Of a stretch of 64,000 bases of DNA, positions 28,193 through 42,510 are shown piece by piece; position 1 is the first letter of the stretch; each line of letters opens with the position of its first letter. The stretch comes from Octopus bimaculoides (Eukaryota): contig NC_068992.1 in assembly GCF_001194135.2 (NCBI RefSeq), forward strand, positions 27,619,709 to 27,683,708, in the 5' to 3' direction. The notes beneath the pieces are model-generated. The model saw nothing but the letters and a program-made list of their open reading frames with translations, made no database searches and was not told the DNA's origin. The position numbers and the translations under genes are program-made.

Positions 28193-29407
28193 NNNNNNNN
28201 NNNNNNNNNNNNNNNNNNNNNNNNNNNNNNNNNNNNNNNNNNNNNNNNNNNNNNNNNNNNNNNNNNNNNNNNNNNNNNNNNNNNNNNNNNNATATATATA
28301 TATATATATAACTGATATGCTAATGAAACTATTAAGAGTTGACCAAATAAATGTGCAGTAAAGTATGCAATGAAAATTAAGAAGTAAGCTTTAAAAGACT
28401 TTGGATCTATTTTACAAAGTAGACTACATCTGAAAATTTTCATGGGAGTTAATGAGAAATGATATAAAAGTGGAAAGGAAAACTTGAGTGTACACAAGTT
28501 GGTGGTGGTTTTGGACCTTGTTAATAAATCTGCATCTCTCTGTGTAGTTCTATACTATTGTCCATGGGAAATTAATCAGTTGGTAAGAACAAATCTATTT
28601 TACTCAATGACAGATTTATTGACTGTCATTACAAAATCTACTTGAAATGAAAACTGCAAATGCGTAAAGGTGAATGGCAGAGTGGTGTCAAGATTTTACT
28701 ATAATTCTCGGCACATATTTTCTATTGCATTCACCTTCTGTATCATTGTTGTTTTCAGGCATGCATTCAAATAAAAGAATTATTGGAATTCTTATACCAT
28801 TTGCAAAGTCCTAACCTTATTTCAATTTTGCAATAATATTGTGTCTGTTTTTCATTTATTTTCATTCACGTTGAAATTAGCACCTCTTTTCCATTTTTCT
28901 TTTCTTTTGTGTCTGTTTTATATAATTTTTTTTTATCGTTGGTAAAAACCTAAATCATCTACCATACCTGCAGTATTAGGGATATGGGCACAGTAATAAA
29001 AAAAAATGTTTCCTTAAGAGAGAAAAAGTAACACTAACTGAAACAAAATTATCTTCAGAAAGATAAAAAGCAATGTGAATTAAGGAGTGAGTTTTAAGAT
29101 TGATAAAATATCCTTATGCTGTACAATTTAAAACAATACATAAAAGTGAAAGTATTTGTCACATAATGTCTATGAACCAAATATATAATATAGTATTTCT
29201 ATGAAAGACAAACCCCACCCCCACCCCTGCATACACAGGGTAAATATCATTTAAGTAAAGGAAGTTTCGAAGTAAATAACTTAATTTCTATGAACTACAG
29301 CTCACTTATACACACACACACACACACACACACACCTTCCATTGTGAAAATATAGCGAGTGAACTAATTGTTGACAATCATAGTCAAAGAATAACAGATG
29401 CGCGCGC

Positions 29408-29450
<43 letters not shown>

Positions 29451-30159
29451 ATATAGATTCGATCAAGTGATCTAATGTTGAAAATGGGAGTGTATTAAAT
29501 TTGTTATTTGTGCTATAACATTCCATAGCAATATAATGTTGATAAATAGAACAAGAATCATTTTGTGAAACCAGTCTGAATTTGTGATTATTTCAGAATT
29601 TATTTGAAACACATAATGGGTGTATTTTGATCAGAAATACAGTAACAAAAGGATTAAAGTAGATATTGTAAACAAATTGTTCCTTGCCTGCTTAAAAATC
29701 CTAGTTTGATTTAATGAGAATTACAGTGTCTATAATACATATTAATATGATCTACTCAACTGAATTTATTTATAAAGTCCAATTATTCTAGAAGTTCAAT
29801 GCAACTCTATATTTTATGTATATACATTGAATCAGAAGAACGCCACATAAAATACCTTGTGATATTTTATGTCCCCTTACATTCTGATTTCAAGACAGCC
29901 TTAAATGCCCTTTTGAGGTTAATAAAATGAGTATCAAAGTACTAGGGCCAGTATAATTGAATCATCTTGGCTGCAGTGAAACTAGTAAATGAAAGAAAAA
30001 TACACTGTCAGTTTTACAGAAGGCAACAAACCATAAAACTTACATGCAGCACTGATACTCTGTTACACATAATGTTACTTTATTGCTGTTTAATTGATAT
30101 GATGATGTACCCCAAACAGATTTATATAACCCATACAAGCATGGATAAACAAATCTTAA

Positions 30160-30376
30160 CCCTTTAATGTTCAGACTAATTTGTCAAAAACAATCCTTAT
30201 TTATTCACATTTCTAAAAATTAATCTGGTATTATCTTGTAGCTTCAATATTTCAAAGATGTAATTGTTTATTCTTAGAATGACATTGCAGGGTAGGTTCT
30301 GGCTGTTTCTGGCTAGTTTGAACATAAAATGGGTAGAATTTTAGGGCTGGATACAACCAGTTTAAACACTAAAGGG
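30160..30376. mobile_element. piggyBac-like MITE
   Basis: TTAA on both sides (30156-59, 30377-80); TIRs ccctttaatgtt / ccctttagtgtt. A partial related copy lies at ~31331-31450. Confidence 0.7.
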
Positions 30377-31823
30377 TTAAGAAAATAATGACAATAATAT
30401 TTTCTTTCTTTGGTTTCATAGTCATGTTAGAGTACTTCTGACACAGGGTTTAGTCAGAGTGACCATACATCCAAGCCCTTAATACTTAGAGCAGAGATCA
30501 ATAAATATTTACCTGGTTATCAACTGGTTGGATCTATATATGCATGCATGTGTACGTGTGTGTGTTTGGTCAATGCAGAGCATACAGAACCATGTTGCAC
30601 TCTATCTAAACTAAGGACATGCAGAAAAAGAGGCTTAGCTGATACATTACACACTTGCTCAGAAACTCATGTCCCAAATATTGGAGCAGCATAACACACA
30701 TATCTCATTTCATTTAACTGACAAAATTTTGCAAAGTATTGGTCAATATGAGGCTATGTTGAAAGATGTATGCTCAAAGAGATAAGTAGGATTAAACCCA
30801 TAACCATAGAGCCATGCCTGAACCCATAAGATATATTAATATGAGCAAACAGCTTGTCCAAAAAATATTGTTACCCCACAAATGCAAAACCTTCACTCTT
30901 AGTTTATGTTAAGCTCTACACATATGATAGAACCATCATCTGAGTATGTCTCACATGCAGGGAGTATGAAAAATATAGGTCGCCGTAATCATTGGTCTAA
31001 AGAACCTTTTCTAGCTGTAAAATATTTCCATTATGACAATTGTAATACCACTTTCATTTGGCAAAATGCTGCTGGTATTTTCTCTGTCAGGTAGTAATAT
31101 TATGGGCAAGGATAAAAGTGGTTTTTCATCTTCAATGAAACAAGATTTCTTTAAGTATCATTTGATATGGAAGGCAGTTGTACTGCCATTAAAATGAATT
31201 AATAAAAGATAAGTGAGAGTGACAAAATTGGGGCGATGAAGGTCTGACCCCGTCAGTTTGCTAAAGGGTAATGTCCTAAGCAATATGTTTTAGGTGCCCT
31301 ACATCCATCTAAAAGGCTAGTTTTTATGTTTAACCTTTTCACATTTAAACAGGCTATATCTGGCCCAAATAGTTTGCCTGTTTTATGTTCATATTAGCTG
31401 GATCTGGCTTCTAACATCTACCATACAATGTTATTCTAAAAATAGACAATCACATCTTCACAGCATTCAAGACATACACCTTTCACGTCTGGCTGTACAG
31501 CCTTTTTGTTTGTTTATTTCACCGTTTCGTTTTCTTGTCTTGTTTTCCGTCCGCCACTACCCTCCACGAAAACAATTTAATTTGTGTTCGTGGGAAGAAC
31601 CATTTTAACGATACATACTGCCTTAATTCTTCGAAACGCCGGAGTTTTAATGGTGGCAGCTGATGAAGGGGATGTTTCTATGTGGCCTGCTTGTTTGTTG
31701 CACCTTGTTTACCATTTTGTCCTTGTTCTTTTGCCACGTCATGTACCCAGTTATGTATCTATGTGTACATGTAGATGAACGTATATACATACATGTACAT
31801 ATATATGCATATACTCATATATT

Positions 31824-31869
<46 letters not shown>

Positions 31870-33061
31870 TTGCTTACTTATTTTGACTATATTTTATAGC
31901 TATCTTAGTCTGGAAGAGAGAAGGATTCTAACCTTGACCATCCTTGCTTTTGTATAAAAGAACATTATCCAATGTGTTCTTCCTGCAAGGAAGTTCAATT
32001 TTATATGAGGATTATTTAGCTGCAGAGTAACTACATAGAGACTCCCTCTTAGATTAAAATCATTTCTGTGATTATACACACACACACACACACACACACA
32101 TGCATGCGTGCACATGCACACACTTACATATACACACACATGCTTTGCTCTTCTCTGTAAGCTGCACTTGTGGCAAAATAAGGAAAACATTACTACTGTT
32201 ATCAAGAATGTGTAGTGTGTGCCAGAATCAGTAGAGATCTGGATAAAATATCTTGCTATAATTATCTATTGCCATATTTTGAGTTTAAAATCACCTTTGA
32301 CACTTCCAGGGTCGATAGAATAAATACTTGTCAAGTATTTGAATCAACCAAATGTATTAGATCCCTCCCAGAAATTTATCATCTTGTTCCTATATTAGAA
32401 AGCAGTATAGTCAGTATGGTGGATGACAAGTTGATAAGGTGAAAGAAGTACTATCTTAGAAGAGATTGAAGGTAGTGAAGAGAGGGTGTGTTTTTTTTAT
32501 CTTCAACAAAACACTCAAAACATGGCTTTTCATCTTCAATGAAACACTCAACTTCTTTAAATATCACTTGATATGCTTGTGATATCACTTAAATATTGCT
32601 TGATATCAGTAACATAGAACAGCAGATTAGTGATGTTTAGTTCCAAATTAACCCTAATTTTGCAAGCCTATGTTTAAAGGCATTCTAGCTATGATTATTC
32701 CATCTTTTCACAGTAGAGGGTCACACAATATGGTTTGCAATTTGATTTCAAATCTGGCAAGAGTCATCAAGTCATCAATGCTTTTCATTCTTCTAGGAAC
32801 AATAGCATAAATTCCAATCAAATATTAGGGTCAATTTAATCAATTGTACTCATTTCTGAAATATGTTACCTTGGGCTTATTTCATAAACCATTATCATAA
32901 TTCATTGGCACAAAGTCTTAAAGGGACTAAATTGTATCACATCCTCAGCTACTCAAGAAATTTTTCTATATTCTGTGAACTGACCTAATATTGTTTCAGA
33001 GGTTCTGCAGTATACTTGATTACCTGCAACAGTGCATAAAGTTATCACACCTCTTTTGTAG

Positions 33062-33141
33062 TTGATATGGTGACAGATGTGGTTGGATGCACACATTTAT
33101 ACATTGCAAGCATGAGAAAACAAATACTAAATAAATTGATG
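33062..33141 (+). CDS. Candidate plus-strand exon (xDMVTDVVGCTHLYIASMRKQILNKLM)
   Basis: cctcttttgtag acceptor, ATG|gtaagt donor, 80 nt open; phase-compatible with 34029-34060. Confidence 0.4.
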
Positions 33142-34028
33142 GTAAGTTTAATATTACACACATGAAGTTTTAAAATCTTTCCGCTTATCTTTACGGTGAA
33201 CATAATGTTATCTCCATTTGTTCTACTTGACATTAGGACAGATCCGATGTGGTTATCAAGGGAAAACCAGATTATATAAATGAATTCCAATATTTATGAT
33301 TACACATTTTTACAATTTAACTGTATTATTATTCCAGAGACACAATGTTCAGATCATTAAATAGCTAAAATGAAAATTCAAATTGAAGAGTAGGTTTTTG
33401 TAAACACTTTTGTTGATCAACAAAAATATTGAGATTTGTTCAAATAAAGCATTGTTGTTGTTATCATCATCATTATTGTTGTTGCTATGTTAGAAACAAT
33501 TATTATTGTAATTATGTTCTGAGTTCAAATCCTCCTGAAGTCAATTAGGCCTGTCAGTCCACCAACATCGATAAAATAAAAATATCAGTCAAGAATTGGG
33601 TTCATTTAGTCCTTCTCTACTTGCAAAATGTCTGGCCTTGAGCTGAGGTTAGAAATTATTATGATCATTATTGTTCTTGTTTAACCCCAGGTCAGCTTTG
33701 ACCAAGCAGACCTATATATAATCAAAGGGTATAAACATCCCATCTTATTCTTATTCACAAAGTCTATGCACAATAACATTATTCAAAACAGTAGAACATG
33801 GTCTGGAGGACTTTAAGTATGATTTTTCCAAGATAGCAGAATGTGATTTAGCTATTATTTCTAGTCAAAAAGAATATATTTGGCCAAATCATCAAAAGCA
33901 AGATTGACATAAAAATGTAAATTCTGAAATAAAACTTATCCTGAAGATAGTGGAATGGCTTTATTTTCATCCATATTCTTTTTCCATTCAAATTCCAATA
34001 AAATCAATTTTGCCCTTTCTTTTTTCAG

Positions 34029-34060
34029 TATAGAAAAAAAAATTACATGCATATACTCAG
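34029..34060 (+). CDS. Candidate plus-strand small exon (YRKKNYMHILx)
   Basis: Long pyrimidine tract ctttcttttttcag, donor CAG|gtcagt. Confidence 0.3.
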
Positions 34061-34589
34061 GTCAGTTTAATCAAATATTCATCCCCTATAAATTTGTGCT
34101 TTATATCAATGTAAAAGATGAATATGTATGTAATCAATTTGTAATCAGTTTAATGACATTTAAAAATAAGAAGTGTATTATTATACAATTTTCTACTCAA
34201 ATACAGACATTTTCAGTAAATGTGGCAAATTTCTAACCAATTAAACGAAACAGAGATCAGTTTTTTAAAATCAATGTTGTCCAATAAAATTTCCTGTTTT
34301 CCTATCATATGTAACTAATTTGAATTTCACTTCCAAAAAAGATGATCTTCACTTGCTTCAGAACTATAGAGGAATCACACACCCACCTCTAGCCTCAAAA
34401 ATCTACAAAGTTATGCTCTCCTCATATTGGCATCAAGGATGCATCCGGCCATAAAAACCATACCAAAATAAGTATTGGAGTTCAAAACAGTCCTTGGATA
34501 CATTGGTTCTTGTCAAACCATCCAACTCATACCAGCATGGGCCATGGACATTAAATGATGATGGCAATGATTAATTCCATCCTAAAACA

Positions 34590-35030
34590 GAACCAAAATG
34601 GCTTCTGCAAAGGCAGATGAACACTACCATGGATCCTAACACTTAGAAGAATTATAAAAGATTTCAGAATCTACAAGCATAAGACACAAATTATATTTGT
34701 GGATTTCTCCAAGGCATTTGATAGTGTCAACAGAAAGGCCATGTTACACTACAGTATCTCAGATGAGATTGTCAAAATTATCACCATCATGTATGAAAAC
34801 CCATCAAGTTTCATGCAAAGCACAAGCAGTCCAACAAAAGAGTTTCGAACAACAGCAGGAATCTTTCAGTAGCTCCTTTTTTGTTTGTGATTGTAGGCAA
34901 AGTCTTAACCCCATCCATGACAACGGCCTCACTATCAAGCAGACTTCACCCCTGATCTATCTGATTCTGGACCACACCTGGAAAACCCTTTTGCCCAATA
35001 AACTCTGGGCTCCTCCTAAAAAAAGGTGCA
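34590..35030 (+). mobile_element. RTE-type LINE RT N-terminal fragment (second family)
   Basis: QNGFCKGR...ILTLRRII...IIFVDFSKAFDSVNRKAM. Confidence 0.8.
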
Positions 35031-35399
35031 ATTGAGAAGCAGTATACTGATACTGTTATCTTTAAAAACAACAGAGCAATCTACACCCAAGAGCTAAGAG
35101 ATGACCTTATTTCAGAGAAAAGTTTTATGTGCTCTGCATAAAAGGAATAGGAGCATTGGAGAGTATAAAGTTAAACAGTAGTTGAGAAAAAGTTAGCTGA
35201 CAAGGAAGACATCTGAATATTGGAAAAGAGTTACTGTATCATGATATACAATATCAAAATACCAACATAATGATCACTGTTTAATGCTCTATGAACACTG
35301 TAAAGGCTATAAGACATGACATGGACAACTGCAACAGTGACTTGAAGTTGTGGCCATCAGGAAGGAACACAGCAGGCATTCCGACTGTGTTTGCACACT

Positions 35400-35820
35400 A
35401 GAATTCACCCAACAACTGATACACATGGCTTTAGACTCAATCCAGATGGCTATGTTAAAAGCTGCTGAAAATTGTGGTCAACCCCTGGATGGAAAGGGTT
35501 GCTGCTGGTAGGCCATGTGTGTAGCAACAGGATTTGGCTTCTTGCCATGTGTTCAGAAAGAGTCAGAAATGATTGGTGGAGAATTTCTACAGCTTCACCA
35601 GCCCCAATTTCTGGCCTCCTAATTCCTCCCAATTTTACAATCAGATTACTATGTGCAGGGCACAGTTAAGAAAGACACCGACTGCAACACCAAGACCAAT
35701 CTGCTAACCAAGATCAAGGAGGTGTTCAAAAATCTTTCCAGAGACACAATAAGAAATGCATGTACCAGTTTGTGGAGCTGTCTTGAGGCCATGGAGGAAT
35801 GTGAGCATGGGTATCTCCCA
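35400..35820 (+). mobile_element. Tc1/mariner (DD37D/maT-like) transposase relic
   Basis: HGFRLNPDGY...PWMERVAAGRPCV*QQDLASCH...FWPPNS...DYYV; homologous to 39775-40280. Confidence 0.8.
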
Positions 35821-35988
35821 ACCATAATCTAGCTGATGTCTTGACTTTTAAAAAAAAATACTTTTTTTTTTGGATGAGATATTGCCTTTTACCCTTGTGT
35901 GCAAGCTATCAAATTTAGCCTAAATACCCTATATATACACAAACACACATTTATATATATATATATATCTATGTGCATATATATATAC

Positions 35989-36053
<65 letters not shown>

Positions 36054-37569
36054 TATATACACGCACATATATATACATATATACACTCACACACATAAAC
36101 ACACATCATCGTTTCACGTCCACTTTCCATGCTGGCATGGGTTGGACGGTTTGACTGAGGACCAGTGAGCCAGATGGCTGCACCAGGCTCCAATCTGATC
36201 TGGCAGAGTTTCTACAGCTGGATGCCCTTCCTAACGCTAACCACTCCGAGAGTGTAGTGGGTACTTTTTTACATGCACCAGCATGAGGGCCAGTCAGGTG
36301 GTACTGGTGACAGTACTGCCAGACTACTGCTCAAATGGTGTTTTTTATGTGCCACCTGCACAGGAGTCAGTCCAGCGGCACTGGCAACGACCTCGAAGAC
36401 AACAAATTTCCAGCAATTTAATTTTTAGTAATCAAAAGAAATCAGAAACACTGTTCTAAGCAAAAAAGTACAAAACACATCTGAGAAGCAGGAGAAGGAA
36501 CCACAAAAAAATTATTTGCTTTAACCTTTCTATAAACAGATTATATATTTTAAAATCATTATATATAATGTTCAGTAAACTTGAGTCACTTTTAAATAAA
36601 AATTAATGATTAAAAATAAAGCAAATGATAATATAAATTTACTAATGACATAACTATTTTCACAACAAAGAATATTTTAAGAANNNNNNNNNNNNNNNNN
36701 NNNNNNNNNNNNNNNNNNNNNNNNNNNNNNNNNNNNNNNNNNNNNNNNNNNNNNNNNNNNNNNNNNNNNNNNNNNNNNNNNNNNNNNNNNNNNNNNNNNN
36801 NNNNNNNNNNNNNNNNNNNNNNNNNNNNNNNNNNNNNNNNNNNNNNNNNNNNNNNNNNNNNNNNNNNNNNNNNNNNNNNNNNNNNNNNNNNNNNNNNNNN
36901 NNNNNNNNNNNNNNNNNNNNNNNNNNNNNNNNNNNNNNNNNNNNNNNNNNNNNNNNNNNNNNNNNNNNNNNNNNNNNNNNNNNNNNNNNNNNNNNNNNNN
37001 NNNNNNNNNNNNNNNNNNNNNNNNNNNNNNNNNNNNNNNNNNNNNNNNNNNNNNNNNNNNNNNNNNNNNNNNNNNNNNNNNNNNNNNNNNNNNNNNNNNN
37101 NNNNNNNNNNNNNNNNNNNNGAAAAACTAATAAGTAGACCAAATAAATTTGCATGAATATTTCAAGCAGTAAATTTAATAACTTGCAAGGAGATATTTTG
37201 TAATTACTTCTTATTTCTTATTTGTTTTAATTATTGGGCTTGCAAACACGCAGGGACACCACTGAAGAGTTTAGGCAAAAAAAAAAAAAAAAAATTAAAC
37301 CTGGTACATAGACATACATACATACATTGTATGTATCATTAATTCCTGTCTACAATAGTAAATAATAGATAAAAATATAGATATCTTATTTTGTATAGAA
37401 TATGAAAATGCAGCATAGCATCAAATGATGTTGTTAGATGGATACTATCTTCAGCTTAATCGTAAGACAGCCATAATTAATGGATTAGATGAGCAGAATA
37501 AAGTTTGAATAAAAGCCTTCTTTGAACTGGTTTATGACAAATTTTATTCAAACTTTGTTCTAAATAAAT

Positions 37570-38620
37570 GTCAAAGTGTTCCAGACAAACCAACTGAGGA
37601 AGACTATATTTACTGGAAATGGATGCTACGCATCTACATAGCAAAAGCAAAAGTTCTAAGTGAGTCTAAACTGGAGGTACTCTTAGTCCTCTGTGGAGCA
37701 AGGACCTACCCCATCGTCAAAGAATCTGAAACCTTCGAGGAAGCAATAGAACACCTGGACTCCAAGTTCATAAAGAAAGGTTCAAACAATGATGCGCCAT
37801 GAGCTATGGACTTGTTTATTGAAGAATTTCTGTCAAGCTTTCAGGTGCTGGTGAAGAAGTGTAAAATCCAAGCCCTAACGGCAGACCGTTACTGAGAAAT
37901 TCTAATTAGTGATGCCTTTGTGGCTGGGTTTCAATCACCATCAATCAGACAAAGACTTCTCAAGTCATCAGATGACAGCTTAGAAACACTCTATAAGCTT
38001 ACTCAAACCATGGCCATTGAAGACACTCACAACTTGTCGCAAGGCTCAGCTGGTATTGATCAACCACCCCATCTTGCAGCTGTGAAACCAGCATGCTTTT
38101 GGTGTGGTGGAGACATCCATAAAAAAAATCAATGTGCAGCAAGAAACTCCACTTGCGAAAGGTGTCAGAAGAAAGGCCACTGAAAGAAAGTCTGCCTCTC
38201 AAAAAAGCCACAAAGAAACAAACAAAACTTCCCTAAAACAGCAGCTATTACAGATCCCAAGAGCAACTTAAAAGAAAACATTGATGGGACCTTATCATCC
38301 ACCATTTTAGCAGTAACAAACAGTATGGGATGGCTAGTACCCATTAAAATTAAGGATAGTACACAAGCTCATCTCGACACAGGTTCTGACAGGACATTTA
38401 TAGAAGCGAATCTTCTTGCAGTCTGGGGATTACAATACAATCATACCTGCCCAGAAAAGGTTAACTTGGCAAACACAGCACTGGAAATTAAAGGCAAATT
38501 CAGTAGCAAACTACGATTGGGAAATAACGCATATAATACTAATTTCCTTGTGGTCAAGCAGCTCCAGTCATCATCGCAATCGATATCCTCAGTCAATCAA
38601 TCAGTGACAAAGAAATAGGG
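37570..38620 (+). mobile_element. Ty3/Gypsy LTR retrotransposon gag-protease relic
   Basis: Gag-like segment with double zinc knuckle CFWCGGDIHKKNQC...CERCQKKGH*KKVC (38095-38195) and aspartic protease motif HLDTGSDRTFI (38370-38400); several stops and frameshifts. Confidence 0.85.
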
Positions 38621-39550
38621 AAGGTATCAGGTGGTCAAGGGATATCCTAGAAACAACAGCTAAATCTCCATTATATCACACACCTTTTCATCTGAAAATT
38701 ATTTAGAAATTATAAACTAAGTCCACTCTGCTGAGTGGTTGGTGTTAGGAAGGGCATTCAGCTGTAAAAATTCTGCCAAAACAGTCACAGAAGTCTGGTG
38801 CAGGCTTCAGTCTGGTCAGCTCTTGTGGTACTGACCCACCCATGCTAGCATGGAACATGGATGTTAAATGATGATGATGATGAAACAAATTGCAGATTCT
38901 GACTGTCCATATTTTGAAACTGATTTTTTTTAAAAATGGGAAAAAGCCAAAATTTTAGGATAGGATTAATGGTAGGTGGGATTAATGAAAAATTAATAAA
39001 GAATTCACTATTGTCTTTAAATTACATTTCATTTTCTATCTGAAAATAAATGTAATGGGGATTGTAATGGTGATTGCCAATCCCCCAGGCCCAATTCTTT
39101 TTTTTTATTTNNNNNNNNNNNNNNNNNNNNNNNNNNNNNNNNNNNNNNNNNNNNNNNNNNNNNNNNNNNNNNNNNNNNNNNNNNNNNNNNNNNNNNNNNN
39201 NNNNNNNNNNNNNNNNNNNNNNNNNNNNNNNNNNNNNNNNNNNNNNNNNNNNNNNNNNNNNNNNNNNNNNNNNNNNNNNNNNNNNNNNNNNNNNNNNNNN
39301 NNNNNNNNNNNNNNNNNNNNNNNNNNNNNNNNNNNNNNNNNNNNNNNNNNNNNNNNNNNNNNNNNNNNNNNNNNNNNNNNNNNNNNNNNNNNNNNNNNNN
39401 NNNNNNNNNNNAAAAATCCCAATCAAAATGGAGAAAATCCAACTTATATAAGTATATTATTCTGAAAATCCACCAAGGCATTCTATTGTGAAAATTACCC
39501 AGCAATGACAGGATACACAGTTAGTGTGTGTGTGTATATATATATATATA

Positions 39551-40416
39551 CAGGGTGCGATGGGTAAATTGTTGCCATTTTATATTTTCAATTTCATGCA
39601 TGCACATTGTGTGTTTGTGAATTTGTCGACTACACAATATAGTAGGGTCAGTTGGGCACCGTTTGTGAGAAAAACAGCACCATGATGCAATTCACTCAGC
39701 CAGAAATTTGGAAATGACATGCTGTACTGCTCGGCATTCATGCTGGAAGCTCCAATATAAACATTTCAGAGCGTTTGGGTGTCAATCTGAGGACAGTGCA
39801 TGTGACAAGAGTGATAAAAATCAAACATCCAGTCAACATCATGGTGTTTGGAGTGATCACTAGTGATGGTGATGTTATGCCTCCATTCATCTTCCCACAT
39901 GGCCTTAGACTCAACACGGAGACCTACAACAAGTGCCTGAAGGAGGTAGTGCTGCCCTGGGTAAAGAGGGTGGCTGCTGGAAGACCCTATGCCTGGCAAC
40001 ATGACTACTCCATGTCACACAAGGCGAACCCAGTCATGACTGACACACAATTTCTGCGACCACACCGACCCTAACATCTGGCCACCTAACTCCCCAGACT
40101 AACCCCCTTGATTATTATGTGTGGGACACAATTAACCTAGAGACCAACAAAATACCTTGTAACACTAAAGATGAAATGACGGCAAGAATTATAGCAGCAT
40201 TCACCAAATTAAACAAGGAGACCATTGAGAAGAGTTGCAGGAGATTCCAAAGTCGTCTGAATGCTGTGGTTGAAGCCAATGGCAATTTTACTGAATAAAT
40301 TTACTCTTTAGTATTTCAAGATAGTTTTATGTAATTTTGATAAATATATTTGTTAAAATGAGATGTCAGTATTATTTTCATTTTTGCGTAATTTAGACAA
40401 AAGTTTATTCACAGAA

Positions 40417-40418
<2 letters not shown>
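39551..40418 (+). mobile_element. Internally deleted Tc1/mariner (DD37D/maT-like) element in a (TA)n site
   Basis: Starts TA|cagggtgcgatgggtaaattgttgcc. An HTH fragment (ISERLGVNLRTV) is fused to the catalytic region KHPVNIMVFGVITSDG...PWVKRVAAGRPYAWQHD...WPPNSPD.NPLDYYVW...EANG. The diverged right TIR ends at (TA)n. Confidence 0.88.
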
Positions 40419-40455
<37 letters not shown>

Positions 40456-41790
40456 TTCAATATTAACAGTTTTGTATAAGAAAACCAATAGAATTTATAC
40501 AAGGCTGTAAAAGAAGTGCTCAAACTAGTTGAGACAAAAGTACAAAGTTAATTGCAGAATAAAACCATTAGGTCATCGACTCAAAAGGCCACAGCCCACC
40601 AATGACCACACATAAGGAATACAGCATAAACCACAAAACCAAATTAGCAAAGGGAAGTCAAAATTTTTTATACATAAGAATAAAATCGATTAAAAATATA
40701 ATAGAATAACATAAACTGCAATTAAAAAGTTGATTAAAAATATTATAGACCGGTACAGATATAGTGGAATAAATATATATATCATCATCATCATCATCGT
40801 TTAACGTCTGCTTTCCATGCTAGCATGGGTTGGACGACTTGACTGAGGACTGGTGAAACCGGATGGCAACACCAGGCTCCAATCTAAATTTGGCAGAGTT
40901 TCTACAGCTGGATGCCCTTCCTAACGCCAACCACTCAGAGAAAAAATAATTTAGAGAAAAAAAAAATGTAATAATAATAATACATAGGGAAACGTAGTAA
41001 AATAGTTCATTCGTTGAGGTTAATGGCTAATAAAAGAAGTTAAATTGTACGAAAGTTCATTACTTCCCTCATGACAGCAAATTTAACAGGTAAAATCCAA
41101 TTTCGAAATTCATACACAGGAATACCGAAGTACACGGGACGACATAATAGCAGAACATCCAATGTGTAACAAAGTAAAATCCATATTTCACCATCAGCAT
41201 TATTTAAGTCCAAGAAAATCAAGGCACACACATTAAACCAACATCCAGCAGGTAACATCGGTAAAGACAATCCATAATTTAACATCATTTACAATGGATT
41301 ACAAATATAGGTCGGAATACAAACACAAAACACCTATGGCCATTTCGCGGGTATATCACCATATTTAGAGCAAAATAGAGCACAAACTAGTGATAACCCC
41401 CTCTTCAGGGTAAAGAAACACATACAAACATCAACTAAGGCACTAGTAAAAAGAAATTATAATTATGAGAGCAAGCTTAAATAAATAATTAATATGGACT
41501 AGCCCAAAAAAAAAAAAAAAAATTCTAATTTTTAGTATACCCTTTAGAATAGTCAGGCAGGTTTGGTAACTAAATAAAACTACTAGGTTTCAAATCCAAC
41601 GTAAGCTATGATAATAAATAAATACTACCATTGTATCCATATTTTTATTATTATTTTTATATCAATATTTTTGTCTTTTTATTTTTATTTCTATCATTAC
41701 TATTATTATCACCATTACTACCATTATTACCACTACTAATACTATTATTTTTGTTCTTATTTTTATTTTTATATAGTTTTAGGAAGGTGG

Positions 41791-42510
41791 NNNNNNNNNN
41801 NNNNNNNNNNNNNNNNNNNNNNNNNNNNNNNNNNNNNNNNNNNNNNNNNNNNNNNNNNNNNNNNNNNNNNNNNNNNNNNNNNNNNNNNNNNNNNNNNNNN
41901 NNNNNNNNNNNNNNNNNNNNNNNNNNNNNNNNNNNNNNNNNNNNNNNNNNNNNNNNNNNNNNNNNNNNNNNNNNNNNNNNNNNNNNNNNNNNNNNNNNNN
42001 NNNNNNNNNNNNNNNNNNNNNNNNNNNNNNNNNNNNNNNNNNNNNNNNNNNNNNNNNNNNNNNNNNNNNNNNNNNNNNNNNNNNNNNNNNNNNNNNNNNN
42101 NNNNNNNNNNNNNNNNNNNNNNNNNNNNNNNNNNNNNNNNNNNNNNNNNNNNNNNNNNNNNNNNNNNNNNNNNNNNNNNNNNNNNNNNNNNNNNNNNNNN
42201 NNNNNNNNNNNNNNNNNNNNNNNNNNNNNNNNNNNNNNNNNNNNNNNNNNNNNNNNNNNNNNNNNNNNNNNNNNNNNNNNNNNNNNNNNNNNNNNNNNNN
42301 NNNNNNNNNNNNNNNNNNNNNNNNNNNNNNNNNNNNNNNNNNNNNNNNNNNNNNNNNNNNNNNNNNNNNNNNNNNNNNNNNNNNNNNNNNNNNNNNNNNN
42401 NNNNNNNNNNNNNNNNNNNNNNNNNNNNNNNNNNNNNNNNNNNNNNNNNNNNNNNNNNNNNNNNNNNNNNNNNNNNNNNNNNNNNNNNNNNNNNNNNNNN
42501 NNNNNNNNNN
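41791..42510. other. Assembly gap (largest of 7 N-runs: 78-128, 28193-28291, 36684-37120, 39111-39411, 41791-42510, 58021-58180, 59009-59037)
   Basis: Runs of N. Confidence 1.

Noticed and set aside
31625-31675. GAAAC...CTGATGAAGGGG as a third hammerhead
   Set aside because: Core halves are in permuted order, stem I cannot be paired and stem III has a mismatch; at most a decayed Penelope-type remnant.
41395-41412. Minus-strand CTGAAGAGGGGG as a hammerhead 5' half
   Set aside because: No stem II partner or GAAA follows.
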